Source: a virus
Lineage: Duplodnaviria > Caudoviricetes
Virus record (IMG/VR): IMGVR_UViG_3300032320_000460
Span: 1 to 32,144 of that record
Strand: one strand, 5' to 3'
DNA length: 32,144 bases
The notes beneath the pieces are model-generated. The model searched no databases. It was not told the origin of the DNA and worked only from the letters and a program-made list of their open reading frames with translations. This document shows positions 8,901-18,819 of the stretch, piece by piece. Every line of letters starts with the position of its first letter. Position 1 is the stretch's first letter. A program made the translations under genes and the position numbers.

Positions 8901-9022
8901 ATGATGTTTGGGAACTACCAATAATACAATCGTTAAATGCTTTGGCTTATTTAAAAGATAAAGCAAGAAACGAAAGGGAACAGATAGAAGATATGAAAAA
9001 ATCGTATGGCAAACGCATTTGA
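8720..9022 (+). CDS. -1 frameshift extension of the tail chaperone (gpGT-like; fusion about 263 aa)
   Basis: T TTT TTT heptamer at 8720-8726 is in phase; the -1 frame is open to 9022 (FGERWGW...VWELPI...LAYLKDK). Confidence 0.7.
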   Translation, partial: FFLQTYERLNKKYNSLFDKRVVEEQEDNEAPVERNVETFGERWGWVFQAELIKGFEGIKLDDVWELPIIQSLNALAYLKDKARNEREQIEDMKKSYGKRI

Positions 9023-9632
9023 TAATTTAGGTAGTAGTAGTGCTGGATATGTTTCTGCAAAGAACTTTACTGGCAACAATGTTAAACTTACCAATATGGA
9101 AGATGTTTTAACAAAGTATGCTACACTAATTCAAATAGAAGCAAGAAGAAACTTAAATAAGGTTAATCCTATTTATGGAAGCGATAAGAATGCAACTGGT
9201 AGATTAAGCACAAGTATAAGTGTAAATCCAGCGCAATATGAGAATGGTAACTACTCTATAACTATTGACTTACTTGACTACTACATTAACGTAAACGATG
9301 GTCGTGGTAAGAACAAACGTAGACCACCAATAAGTGCAATACGACAATGGATAATAGACAAGCAGTTAAGGTTAAACGATGGTGGAACTACAAAGAAAGG
9401 TTACAAGAAACCAGGAACTTTAATTAGCAGTAGCAAGAAGAAAGTAAAACTTGGTAATACAAAGATGTCAATATTAGATGCAACTGCAATACGCATTGCT
9501 TCAAGTATTGGAAAAAAGGGTATTAGACCAACAAACTTTTGGGACAATGCAATCAATAAATATACCGATGATTTGAAAAAAGATGTACAACAAATTTTAG
9601 GCAAAGACATTCTAACTATAATAATATCTTAA
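9006..9632 (+). CDS. Tail completion / HK97 gp10-like protein
   Basis: ATGRLSTSI...Y..VNDGR...PPISAIRQW...IASSIGKKGIRPTNFW. Confidence 0.6.
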   Translation: MANAFDNLGSSSAGYVSAKNFTGNNVKLTNMEDVLTKYATLIQIEARRNLNKVNPIYGSDKNATGRLSTSISVNPAQYENGNYSITIDLLDYYINVNDGRGKNKRRPPISAIRQWIIDKQLRLNDGGTTKKGYKKPGTLISSSKKKVKLGNTKMSILDATAIRIASSIGKKGIRPTNFWDNAINKYTDDLKKDVQQILGKDILTIIIS

Positions 9633-9633
9633 C

Positions 9634-10875
9634 ATGGCAATAACTTATATAGAAACACCAAAAACTTGGACACCGATAAATAACGATATGATTTACTATG
9701 TCAAAACGAATAGTGCGATTAGTAATTTATATCTTGAAGTTTACGTTCAAAGTTCATTGGTTGCAAGAGTAAAATTGGTAGTCAATGCTGGTGGATTTGC
9801 TTATTGCGATGTTAAGCAATTACTACAATCGTTTATAAAGAATGACCAAATATATTTTGACAATACATTCTGGAAAGCATTGACAAATTTAAGTTACTAT
9901 GTCAATTATCAAGTTAAGTGTGTTGAAACTATTGGTGGCACATCTTATAATGATACTGCAAAGTATGCTTTTAATGGTCAAATTTCATTTACAGATTTTG
10001 TAGAATATAATCAGCAATACAATACCGAAGTAAGTCCATTGGGTAAGTTTTTGACTTATTCTCCAAGAACTCTTAAAACAAACTTTCTTCGTGAAAACTT
10101 TTTAAGCTACATTGATGGTACTTCTCCAGCAACAAAGATACGAGTGCGTACATACGAAAGTGGTGCAACATTACCTACAAGAATATTTGAATTATCGATT
10201 GCAGATTTAAGTGCATTAGCTGGTATTATTTGTATAAGCAAAGATGCTTTGGGTTCTGATTTAACTATTTGGAATGAAGTAACTTCACTTTGGCAAAACT
10301 TATCTACAAAAACTTGGAACGCAATGGGTGGTTATTTAGTAAATCCAGATGTAACACAACTTGATATTTGTTTGCTTAATGCTGCTGGTACGATTGTTAC
10401 CGAAACATTTACATATCAGATAGATGACTATTGCAGTAAGTACGAGAAAACAAATGTGTATTGGCAAAATTCTCTTGGTGGTTTTGATAGCTACACATTT
10501 AACAAGGTCAAGAAGAAGCGTTATAACATTGATAGAAAATCTATACAATCAAACCCTTATAAGTTTGACAATGCTGGATATTCACAACACACTAACAACA
10601 TATTTAACTTATCAAATCAAAACTATTTTAGCAACTATACCGAAGGTGTTCTTTTAAATTCAGACCTATTGACAAACGAAGAACACACTTGGTTTTGGGA
10701 ATTGATTAAAGCACATTCAATCTATGTTGAACAAGTTATTAATGGTGTTTCATATTATGTACCAGCAACTATCAAAGCAACTAACTACGAACCTAAAATT
10801 AATATCGTAGATGGTTTGCAAAACATTACGATTGAATTAGAATATGGTTATGACAATATCAAGATAACTAAATAA
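9634..10875 (+). CDS. Tail structural protein (tail tip region)
   Basis: 413-aa beta-rich ORF, W.NSLGGFDSYTF motif; tail module context. Confidence 0.55.
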   Translation: MAITYIETPKTWTPINNDMIYYVKTNSAISNLYLEVYVQSSLVARVKLVVNAGGFAYCDVKQLLQSFIKNDQIYFDNTFWKALTNLSYYVNYQVKCVETIGGTSYNDTAKYAFNGQISFTDFVEYNQQYNTEVSPLGKFLTYSPRTLKTNFLRENFLSYIDGTSPATKIRVRTYESGATLPTRIFELSIADLSALAGIICISKDALGSDLTIWNEVTSLWQNLSTKTWNAMGGYLVNPDVTQLDICLLNAAGTIVTETFTYQIDDYCSKYEKTNVYWQNSLGGFDSYTFNKVKKKRYNIDRKSIQSNPYKFDNAGYSQHTNNIFNLSNQNYFSNYTEGVLLNSDLLTNEEHTWFWELIKAHSIYVEQVINGVSYYVPATIKATNYEPKINIVDGLQNITIELEYGYDNIKITK

Positions 10876-13253
10876 TGGCTACTCAAAGGACACAAATATA
10901 TATTGAAGGTGTTGAACTTGATTTAGATAAGAACGTAGATATTGACTTTACTTATTCTATTGCAGATATATCGGATTTTGAAAAAAGAACTACAACATTT
11001 TCAAAGACAATAGCATTACCAGGAACTGCACATAATAGTTTTCTTCTTGGTAACTACTTTGACTTCAACATCAATAACGATTATAGCAACATACTTGATA
11101 ACGTAGGTGTAAACTTCAACCCATTAAAGAAGGCATTTGCAAAAGTAACTATTGACAATGTCGAAGTGTTTGCTGGTGTTTTACGCTTGTTAGAGATAAC
11201 TTCTAAAGATGGTGCGTTGGAATATCAATGCGCATTATTCGGTTCATTAGGTGGCTTGTTTAGTGCATTAGGAGAAAAACTATTAACAGATTTAGATTTA
11301 GATGCGTTAAATCATACTTATAATACAACCACAATACAAACTTCTTGGAATACTTCGGATTTACCAGCACAAGGATTTGTTTATCCTTTAGCTAACTATG
11401 GTATTGGTTTAAATAATGCACAAACACAATTTGATGTTCGTAATTTTAGACCAGCAGTTTCAGTTAAAAGATTATTTGATGAAATTATAGAACAAGCTGG
11501 TTACGCATATACTGGAAACTTTTGGAGTGAAAACAATCTTGATAAATTAATTCTTCAAAATGGAGAAGAAAATTTAAGTGCTTTTTATGAAAGTTTAGGT
11601 TCTTTAACAATAAATACAACTACTGGTGGTAATTTAAGTTATTCAAGTTATACATTTTCTGGATTTACTTTAGATACTGCTACACCACCATTAAAAAGAA
11701 TAAAGAATATAACTGGTCAAACGATTGGAATTAAATTTAACTTTAATCTTAATATAGTTAATGCTTTAAATATATTTGAATTTGCTGATTTACAAGCAGT
11801 AGTTAGAAATGATGCAAATCCTTCATTAGTAAAATCTGCAATAACAATATCAGATGGTTTTTATCAAACTGGTTCAGTTTCATTTAGTTTAACATTTACT
11901 CTTGAACCATTAGATAGTGTTGATTTAGTTTTAAATGTTTATAATGTTATTGGTGGTAGTCCAACTGGTACATTTACAATTCAAAACACTTCAACAATAA
12001 ATATTACTCCAGTTTCTACAACTTCAAAAATTCCTATTATTTACAATAGCGTAATAAAAGGAAAGTCAATAGTTCCCGAAGGAATTAAGCAATCGGAATT
12101 TATAAAGAATATAATTAATCTTTTGAACTTATATATTGTACAAGACCCAAATAATGAGTTTAATTTAACATTCTTACCACAACCAGATTTCTATACAAAT
12201 CAAACTATTGATTGGACTGATAAAAAAGATTTAGATAAAGGTTTTAGTATTAAACCATCTACCGAGTTTACTCCAAAATCTTATTCGTTTAAATACAAAG
12301 ATGATGCAGATTTTTATTCCAAAACATATAAGAATAAATATGCTGATGCTTATGGAAATTTAAAGTATGAAACAGAAAACGAGTTTAGTAAAGATGATGT
12401 TTCTACTGATTTCTTTTTCTCTTTAGCACCATTAGTATTTACTGGTAGTAAACCAATGGCGCAATTATATGACATCAATACAGATGGTACATATAAGCAA
12501 GTAAAGTGTAATCCTAAATTATCGTTTTGGGGTGGTAAAAAAGATAGTAGTTCTTATACTATTAAAGATGGTGCTACAACATTAAATAGTGGTGTGGTAT
12601 TTTATGGATATGCTGGACATATATACGATTTAGCTACAATAAGCGATGGTAGATTATGGGATTTATGTTTTGATACACCGAAAGAAATTTATTTTAACAT
12701 ACCGACATATCCTATATTAAACTTATATTATTTATTCTATAAGCAATTTGTAGATAGCCAAAATAATAAAGATAGTAAGTTAGTTATACTTTATTTTTTA
12801 CTTAATTCTATTGACATAATGAATTTAAGTTTTCAGAAGTATATAAAAGTAGATAATGGTATTTACTATCTTAACAAAATAGATGGGTACAATCCTTTAT
12901 CAAACGAACTTACAAAGGTAGAATTATTGCGTATTGTAACACTTGAAGAACTCGATGTTTATGTTACTTATACTCCAAGTCCTATTGAAGCATATACATC
13001 ATATCCAAGAGTAACATTAGATAGAATATTGCCATTCAATAAATCATTTAATGTTCAATATAGGTTTGTTAGTGGAACTACTCCTTATACTGGAACGCAG
13101 ACAATAACAATAACTGCTGGTAATTTATATGCAGATGGAACACCAGTTGTATCGGGTGGTGTTTCGGGATATTTTTCAAATATAATTATTACACCACCAA
13201 CAAACGATGCTGGATATATTTATGTATATGGTGGAGATTACACAACTGATTAA
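10875..13253 (+). CDS. Large tail tip / hub protein
   Basis: 792 aa; FTYSIADISDFEKR...FSKTIALPGT N-terminus; adjacent to the tape measure gene. Confidence 0.6.
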   Translation: MATQRTQIYIEGVELDLDKNVDIDFTYSIADISDFEKRTTTFSKTIALPGTAHNSFLLGNYFDFNINNDYSNILDNVGVNFNPLKKAFAKVTIDNVEVFAGVLRLLEITSKDGALEYQCALFGSLGGLFSALGEKLLTDLDLDALNHTYNTTTIQTSWNTSDLPAQGFVYPLANYGIGLNNAQTQFDVRNFRPAVSVKRLFDEIIEQAGYAYTGNFWSENNLDKLILQNGEENLSAFYESLGSLTINTTTGGNLSYSSYTFSGFTLDTATPPLKRIKNITGQTIGIKFNFNLNIVNALNIFEFADLQAVVRNDANPSLVKSAITISDGFYQTGSVSFSLTFTLEPLDSVDLVLNVYNVIGGSPTGTFTIQNTSTINITPVSTTSKIPIIYNSVIKGKSIVPEGIKQSEFIKNIINLLNLYIVQDPNNEFNLTFLPQPDFYTNQTIDWTDKKDLDKGFSIKPSTEFTPKSYSFKYKDDADFYSKTYKNKYADAYGNLKYETENEFSKDDVSTDFFFSLAPLVFTGSKPMAQLYDINTDGTYKQVKCNPKLSFWGGKKDSSSYTIKDGATTLNSGVVFYGYAGHIYDLATISDGRLWDLCFDTPKEIYFNIPTYPILNLYYLFYKQFVDSQNNKDSKLVILYFLLNSIDIMNLSFQKYIKVDNGIYYLNKIDGYNPLSNELTKVELLRIVTLEELDVYVTYTPSPIEAYTSYPRVTLDRILPFNKSFNVQYRFVSGTTPYTGTQTITITAGNLYADGTPVVSGGVSGYFSNIIITPPTNDAGYIYVYGGDYTTD

Positions 13254-13263
13254 AATTTAGAAA

Positions 13264-15330
13264 ATGGCAAAACAAGTAATAGGATTTGAAGCAACACTTG
13301 ATGGTGGTAATGTTGAGAAATCGGTAAAAAGCATAAGACAAGAATTAAGAGAAGCGCAAAACGATGCAGTTCAACTTGGTAGAAAGTTTGGAGAATTATC
13401 TCCAGAAGCATTAGCTGCTGCAAAAAAGGTTGCAACTTTAAAAGATGAAGTAGGAGATTTAAAAAACAGAGTAGATGCTTTAAATCCAGATGCTAAATTT
13501 AAAGCATTTTCACAATCACTTCAAGGAGTTGCTGGTGGATTTGCTGGTGTTCAAGGTGCAATCGGTTTATTTGGAACTGAAAGTGCAGAACTTGAGAAAC
13601 AACTTTTAAAAGTTCAAAGTGCTTTAGCTTTATCTCAAGGACTTGATAGTTTATTAGAAGCAAGAGATAGTTTTAAGACACTTGGTTCTTTAATTAAAGG
13701 TAATGTAAGCAAAGCATTTGGAACGCTTCGTGGCGCTATCATATCAACTGGTATAGGTGCATTAGTTGTTGGTGTTGGTTTGCTGATTGCAAACTTTGAT
13801 AAAGTAAAACAAGTTGTATTAAATTTTATTCCTGGTCTCGCAAAGGTTGGAGAATTTATTGGAAAATTAGTCAATAATGTTACCGATTTTGTTGGTGTAA
13901 CAAGTGAAGCAGAACGTGCATACGAACGATTGAAAAAAAGCACCGAAGGTTCTAACAATGAAATTGATAGACAAATAAAATTACTACAAGCACAAGGTGG
14001 TCAAGAGGCGAAGATTGCACAATTACAAAAAACAAAGATTGACAATACTATTAAGGTTACTAAAGCCAATAAAAATGCTACCGATGAAGATAAAAAGAAC
14101 TTACTTGATTTAGAAAACGAGAAAAAAGTAATTGGTTTAGAAGAACAAAACAGATTAAAAAAAGAAGCAGCAGATAGAAAAAAGCAACAAAAAGAAGAAG
14201 CAAAACAAGCAGCAGCCGAAGCTAAACAAAAAGCAGATGAAATCAAGAAACAAACATACGAAAGTGATAAGGAGTTAGCATTAGCAAGATTAGAAGGTCG
14301 TGAAAGAGAAAAAAAGCAATTAGAGTTTGAAGAAAAAGAAGCATTAAAAGCAGTAGAGGGTAATGCAAAAGCCACTCAAAATATCAAAGACCTATATATT
14401 TTAAAAGGTAAAGAATTAAATAAAAAATTCACAGAAGAAGATAAAAAGAATGCTCAAGAATTAGAAGATTTTAAGAATGAGTTATATGTAGATAATATTA
14501 CAAATGCTGAATTAAGGGCAAAAGAAGAAAGTAGATTAGCATTAGAGAAGAAAGTAAGAGATATTAATGAAAGTAAATTAACTGAAGCAGAAAAATTAAA
14601 AGCAGTTCAAGATACAAGAGATGCTTTTAAACGTGAACAAGATGCTAAAGATTTTGAAGCACAATTAGCAAAAGATGCAGAAAATATTGCAAAGGTACAA
14701 GGCGACTTTGAAAATGATAGATTAATATTAGAAGCACAAAGGGGATTGATTTTATTTAATACTACTTTAACTGCTGAAAAAAAGAAGAAGATATTAGAAG
14801 ATAATTCAAAAGCAATATTAGAGATTGACCAAAAAGAATTTGAAAGTAAACAAAGCAATGTAAAAAAGTATTCAGATTTAATTGGTGGTTTCGCAGAATT
14901 GGCTGGTAAGCAAACAAACGCTGGCAAAGCATTAGCAGTTGCCGAAGCAACAATCAATACTTATTTGGCAGCATCTCAAGTGTTATCTGCAAAATCTCCA
15001 TTATTTATTGCTAATCCATTTTTACGTTTTACTTCTGCTGCATTGACTATTGCAACTGGTTTAAAAAATGTTAAAACTATTTTATCAGTAAAAGTTCCTG
15101 GTGGTGGTGGTGGTGGCGCTGGTGGTTCTTTACCAAGTGGTGGTGGTTCGGTTGCAACTCCTACACAAGCACCGATTGCTTCAGCAGTTCAAGTTTCACA
15201 AACGCAAACACTTGGAACAAGTTCTGTTAATGTAGCAAACCAAAGTGCAGTAAAAGCATTTGTAGTTGAACGAGATATTACAGATAGTCAAGATAGGATT
15301 GCAAAAATAAAATCTGCTGCTACATTTTAA
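13264..15330 (+). CDS. Tape measure protein
   Basis: Ala/Gly-rich hydrophobic segments (ISTGIGALVVGVGLL) plus long Lys/Glu coiled coil; 688 aa. Confidence 0.8.
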   Translation: MAKQVIGFEATLDGGNVEKSVKSIRQELREAQNDAVQLGRKFGELSPEALAAAKKVATLKDEVGDLKNRVDALNPDAKFKAFSQSLQGVAGGFAGVQGAIGLFGTESAELEKQLLKVQSALALSQGLDSLLEARDSFKTLGSLIKGNVSKAFGTLRGAIISTGIGALVVGVGLLIANFDKVKQVVLNFIPGLAKVGEFIGKLVNNVTDFVGVTSEAERAYERLKKSTEGSNNEIDRQIKLLQAQGGQEAKIAQLQKTKIDNTIKVTKANKNATDEDKKNLLDLENEKKVIGLEEQNRLKKEAADRKKQQKEEAKQAAAEAKQKADEIKKQTYESDKELALARLEGREREKKQLEFEEKEALKAVEGNAKATQNIKDLYILKGKELNKKFTEEDKKNAQELEDFKNELYVDNITNAELRAKEESRLALEKKVRDINESKLTEAEKLKAVQDTRDAFKREQDAKDFEAQLAKDAENIAKVQGDFENDRLILEAQRGLILFNTTLTAEKKKKILEDNSKAILEIDQKEFESKQSNVKKYSDLIGGFAELAGKQTNAGKALAVAEATINTYLAASQVLSAKSPLFIANPFLRFTSAALTIATGLKNVKTILSVKVPGGGGGGAGGSLPSGGGSVATPTQAPIASAVQVSQTQTLGTSSVNVANQSAVKAFVVERDITDSQDRIAKIKSAATF

Positions 15331-15353
15331 ACAAATTTATATTTAAAGATATG
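15318..15353 (+). promoter_or_regulatory. Late promoter motif TGCT-N16-TATATTTA-aagat-ATG
   Basis: Same spacing as the other copies; ATG of the protease. Confidence 0.7.
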
Positions 15354-15938
15354 GACTTACCTATTTATAAACTTATAATCAGTTCGGATTTAGAAGATGA
15401 AGCCGAAGTTGATTTTGTAGCATTGGTTGATAGACCAGCTATACAACGCAATTTCCTTGCTTTTAAAGAACGCCAAAAGTTCGAGATAGTAAGTGAAGAC
15501 AAGCGTATTTTAAGTGGCGCATTGATGATTGCAGATATGCCTATCTACCGAGATAACGAGGAATTTGGAGAACACTATGTTGTCTTCGATGCAGAAACTA
15601 TCCAACAAATTGCAGAGAAGTTTTTTAAGAAAGGTTATCAATCAAACGTAAACGAAATGCATGATGCTTCTAAAGCGATTGAAGGTGTTACTATGTTTGA
15701 AAGTTGGATTGTAAATCGTGATATGGGTAAGATGCCAATCAAAGGATTTGAAGATGCCAAAGATGGTTCTTGGTTTGGTAGCTACAAAGTTGATAACGAA
15801 GAAATTTGGGCAAAAGTAAAGAGTGGAGAATTTCAAGGATTTAGTGTAGAAGGTATTTTTGGTTATGCTGATAGATTAACCAAAGAAGATTTGATGGTTG
15901 AACAAATCAAAAATATATTAGCAATGGCTGGTATTTAA
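15351..15938 (+). CDS. Prohead (capsid maturation) protease, XkdF/S78-like
   Basis: VALVDRPAI...NEMH...ESWIV...GSWF...GFSVEG. Confidence 0.8.
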   Translation: MDLPIYKLIISSDLEDEAEVDFVALVDRPAIQRNFLAFKERQKFEIVSEDKRILSGALMIADMPIYRDNEEFGEHYVVFDAETIQQIAEKFFKKGYQSNVNEMHDASKAIEGVTMFESWIVNRDMGKMPIKGFEDAKDGSWFGSYKVDNEEIWAKVKSGEFQGFSVEGIFGYADRLTKEDLMVEQIKNILAMAGI

Positions 15939-15985
15939 GTTGCAATTAACAATCTATTATATATTTACATTTATACTCAAAAATT

Positions 15986-16588
15986 ATGGAAGCAAAAAAA
16001 GCATTAGAACAAATCAAAAGTTTGTTGTTTGCCGATAAGGTTGCAGATGTAATTTCTCAAGAAGTAGTTGCAGTTGAATTTATGGAAGGCGTTTTAACAG
16101 ATGGAACAATAGTTAAGTTCGATAAGTTAGAAGTTGGTGGCATTATTTCAGTTGTTACTCCAGATGGAGAAGTTCCAGCACCAGTCGGAGAACACGAATT
16201 AGAAGATGGTACTATCGTTGTAGTATCAGAAGAAGGCGTAATAGCCGAAGTTAAAATGATGGAAGAAGCACCCGAAGAAGAAGTTGCAGTTGAAATGTCT
16301 GAAGAAGGCGAAGAAGTTGTAGTTGAAGAAGAAGTTGTTGAACCACAAGTTGATAAATTCGCAGAAATTAGCGAAGCATTCAATTCTAAACTTGCTGAAG
16401 TTGAAAGCAAAGTGGATATGTTAAATAATGTTACCAAGAAGTTGGTAGAATTTATGGAAGCATTTGCACAAGTAGAAACTGCACAAGAAACCCAAGCACC
16501 TAAAAATGCTTTTTCGGCTCAAAACAAAATAAGCAAAGCCGATGCTTATAAGAAATTACAAAACATTTTTTCACAAATTAAAAAATAA
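15986..16588 (+). CDS. Capsid scaffolding protein
   Basis: Acidic, PAPVGEHELEDG repeat, coiled coil; lies between protease and capsid genes. Confidence 0.65.
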   Translation: MEAKKALEQIKSLLFADKVADVISQEVVAVEFMEGVLTDGTIVKFDKLEVGGIISVVTPDGEVPAPVGEHELEDGTIVVVSEEGVIAEVKMMEEAPEEEVAVEMSEEGEEVVVEEEVVEPQVDKFAEISEAFNSKLAEVESKVDMLNNVTKKLVEFMEAFAQVETAQETQAPKNAFSAQNKISKADAYKKLQNIFSQIKK

Positions 16589-16593
16589 ATAAA

Positions 16594-17547
16594 ATGGCTT
16601 TAGATTTAACTGGTTTAACCAATTATGTAAGAGAAAACGAAGCGCAATTAGCTACTTCTCTTGTATTCAAACCCAAAACTGCTCAATTAATCGAAGCAGC
16701 TGGTAATGTTCAAGTAGGAATAAAATCATCAGACAAAATTAACATCATGGAAACCGATGCAGTTTTCCAAGCTGGTGGTACTTGTGGTTTTTCTTCAAGT
16801 GGTACTACTACATTTTCACAACGTACTCTTACTCCTGGTAAGATTAAAGTAAACGAAAGCATTTGTCCAAAATCTTTCGAGGCGAAATATACTCAAAAAG
16901 CACTTCGTGCTGGTAGTATGTATGACTATATGCCTTTCGCTGATGAATTTGCTGCAAAGAAAATTGAAACTATTGGTGCGCAATTAGAAACTGCGTTGTG
17001 GCAAGGCGATACAACTTCTGGTACTGCTAATTTAGCACGATTTGATGGTTTGATTAAATTAACTGCACCGAGTGGAACTTTAGTATCTGGTGTTATTAAT
17101 GGTAACCCAAGTGGTATCACTACTGCTACTGGTATTACTGCTGCAAACGTAATCGGTATTGTTGATGGTATGTATTCATTAATTCCTACTTCTATCCTTG
17201 ACAATAGTGATGTATTTATCGCTTGTGGTATGGATACTTTCCGTAAGTACACCATTGCACTTAAGAACTTAAACTTATTTAACTATGCTGCTGAAGCAAC
17301 CGATTTCCAAATCGTTATTGCTGGTACTAATGTTAAGTTAATTGGTTTGAATGGTTTAAATGGTACTAACAAATTATTTGCTTCACGTTGGTCTAACATC
17401 TATCTTGGTGTGGATTTATTAAACGAAGAAGAAAGATTTGAATTATTCTATGCTAAAGAAGCAGATGAAATGCGTTTCGTTGCTGAATTCAAAATGGGTG
17501 TGAACTACGCATTCCCAAGTGAAATCGTTTACTTCGCATTAGTATAA
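16594..17547 (+). CDS. Major capsid protein
   Basis: 317 aa after the scaffold; C.FS.SGTTTFSQRTL...LETALWQGD...FDGLIK; strongly biased codons; terminator follows. Confidence 0.85.
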   Translation: MALDLTGLTNYVRENEAQLATSLVFKPKTAQLIEAAGNVQVGIKSSDKINIMETDAVFQAGGTCGFSSSGTTTFSQRTLTPGKIKVNESICPKSFEAKYTQKALRAGSMYDYMPFADEFAAKKIETIGAQLETALWQGDTTSGTANLARFDGLIKLTAPSGTLVSGVINGNPSGITTATGITAANVIGIVDGMYSLIPTSILDNSDVFIACGMDTFRKYTIALKNLNLFNYAAEATDFQIVIAGTNVKLIGLNGLNGTNKLFASRWSNIYLGVDLLNEEERFELFYAKEADEMRFVAEFKMGVNYAFPSEIVYFALV

Positions 17548-17570
17548 TAATTAATCAATTTTTAAACACA

Positions 17571-17604
17571 AAAGGGTGGGTGGAAAATCTGCCTACCCTT
17601 TTTT
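17571..17604 (+). terminator. Intrinsic terminator after the capsid gene
   Basis: GGGTGGGTGGA-AAA-TCTGCCTACCC + T6. Confidence 0.75.
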
Positions 17605-17618
17605 AATTCATAGAAAAT

Positions 17619-18131
17619 ATGCCTTGCGCCTTAACCCAAAATATTACATTAGATTGCCGAGATAGTATCGGTGGTCTTAAATCAGTTATGTTCATCGAAT
17701 TTGCGAATGTAACTGCAATTACTGCTGCTGCTGGTGTTGTTACTGCAATAACCAAAGCAGCTGGTAAAAAGTTTTTTAAATATGATTTAGCAAAAGAAAC
17801 TTCAGCATTTACTGAAACCTTTACTTCTTCAGTACAAAATGGTACATTCTTCTACGCACAAGAATTAAGCATTGTTTTGAATAAACTACAAACCAATGTA
17901 AGAAACGAAATCTTATTGTTGGCTCAAAACAATCTACTTGCTATTGCCGAAGATAAGAATGGTAGCTATTGGTTATTGGGTCGTTTGAATGGTTTAGATG
18001 TATCTGGTGGTACTGCTGAAACTGGAACTGCTAATGGAGATAGAAGTGGATATACAATTACTTTATCTGGTCAAGAAAAAGAATTGGCTATTTCAGTTCA
18101 ATCTTCAATCATTGCTGCTTTATTGGCTTAA
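17619..18131 (+). CDS. Major tail tube protein
   Basis: MPCALT...DCRDSIGGLK...NGTFFYAQEL...TGTANGDRSGYTITLSGQE. Confidence 0.7.
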   Translation: MPCALTQNITLDCRDSIGGLKSVMFIEFANVTAITAAAGVVTAITKAAGKKFFKYDLAKETSAFTETFTSSVQNGTFFYAQELSIVLNKLQTNVRNEILLLAQNNLLAIAEDKNGSYWLLGRLNGLDVSGGTAETGTANGDRSGYTITLSGQEKELAISVQSSIIAALLA

Positions 18132-18146
18132 TCAATATTGCTTTAA

Positions 18147-18183
18147 AATAAAAGGGTGGTTGCAATTAAGTAACCACCCTTAT
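18147..18183. terminator. Bidirectional terminator between convergent genes
   Basis: AAGGGTGGTTGC-AATTAA-GTAACCACCCTT with A/T-rich flanks. Confidence 0.8.
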
Positions 18184-18187
18184 TTGT

Positions 18188-18445
18188 TTATAACCTTTCT
18201 AAAGGACTATCGTAGTACGCTTCGTTCTGGTCATGTCCACACCCACCATCGATAGGTTCTTCTGGTTCAAAGAATATCGAATTGATGTCTATGTTTAAGT
18301 TGAACTTGTCATTCACTTTTTGTGCAAGTGATTTGGTTCGTTCATAAGGCATATCAATCTTATCTTCATAATAAGCAGACATCGCACCTAACACTACGAT
18401 TAGTGCGCATCTTAAAACTTGTGGGTCGTTTCCATTATTTTTCAT
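18188..18445 (-). CDS. Hypothetical protein (minus-strand island gene 3)
   Basis: 85-aa ORF in a + strand gap, ending at the terminator. Confidence 0.65.
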   Translation of the reverse strand: MKNNGNDPQVLRCALIVVLGAMSAYYEDKIDMPYERTKSLAQKVNDKFNLNIDINSIFFEPEEPIDGGCGHDQNEAYYDSPLERL

Positions 18446-18566
18446 GGCTTGAGTTCTTTGTGGTTTGTACTTGGTTGATTTTGGCGTTCACATAATCACA
18501 CAGACCAGCGAATGCGATTAACCCGATAAAGGGTATTGCTAAAAAGATTGCGATTTCTAAAGTCAT
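18435..18566 (-). CDS. Small single-pass membrane protein, 43 aa (MTLEIAIFLAIPFIGLIAFAGLCDYVNAKINQVQTTKNSSHEK)
   Basis: Read manually; A-rich leader (CTCAAAATT-ATG); overlaps the next gene. Confidence 0.65.
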   Translation of the reverse strand: MTLEIAIFLAIPFIGLIAFAGLCDYVNAKINQVQTTKNSSHEK

Positions 18567-18580
18567 AATTTTGAGTTTTG

Positions 18581-18618
18581 TAAAGGGTGGCTTTTTACAC
18601 CACCCATTGATTTGATTA
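18581..18618 (-). repeat. Conserved hairpin element, copy 2
   Basis: 18582-18607 is the exact reverse complement of 211-236; preceded by stop + TCAAATC as in copies 3 and 4. Confidence 0.85.
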
Positions 18619-18819
18619 ATTATTGTAAATTCTTAAATTGCCATCGGCATATTCGATTTCAATTTGCTTGTCTTTGCTTCGATTGCATTCAAGCCATTCT
18701 TCAAGTTCATTAAAGAATATAAAGTTGTGAGTTGATACTCCATCTTCATAAATCCAGAATGCACGTTTACCATAACCTTGATTACCATAGTAATCTTGTA
18801 CTAATTTTAACTTTGTCAT
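18616..18819 (-). CDS. Hypothetical protein, 67 aa (MTKLKLVQDYY...)
   Basis: ATG at 18819 has an A-rich leader (AAATCAAATCACA) and is preferred over the track start at 18861. Confidence 0.65.
   Translation of the reverse strand: MTKLKLVQDYYGNQGYGKRAFWIYEDGVSTHNFIFFNELEEWLECNRSKDKQIEIEYADGNLRIYNN

Noticed and set aside
13215-13260. TATATTTA-tgtat-ATG opening a 10-codon ORF that ends 3 nt before the tape measure gene
   Set aside because: It lies within coding sequence and lacks the TGYY element found at all five strong sites; possible but unsupported
13635-14957. Minus-strand ORFs opposite the tape measure gene (and similar ones opposite ParB-like, scaffold, capsid, portal and fibre genes)
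   Set aside because: Antisense shadows of biased + strand codons; no leaders or protein-like composition
15109-15150. (GGT)n run
   Set aside because: Ordinary poly-Gly linker in the tape measure C-terminus
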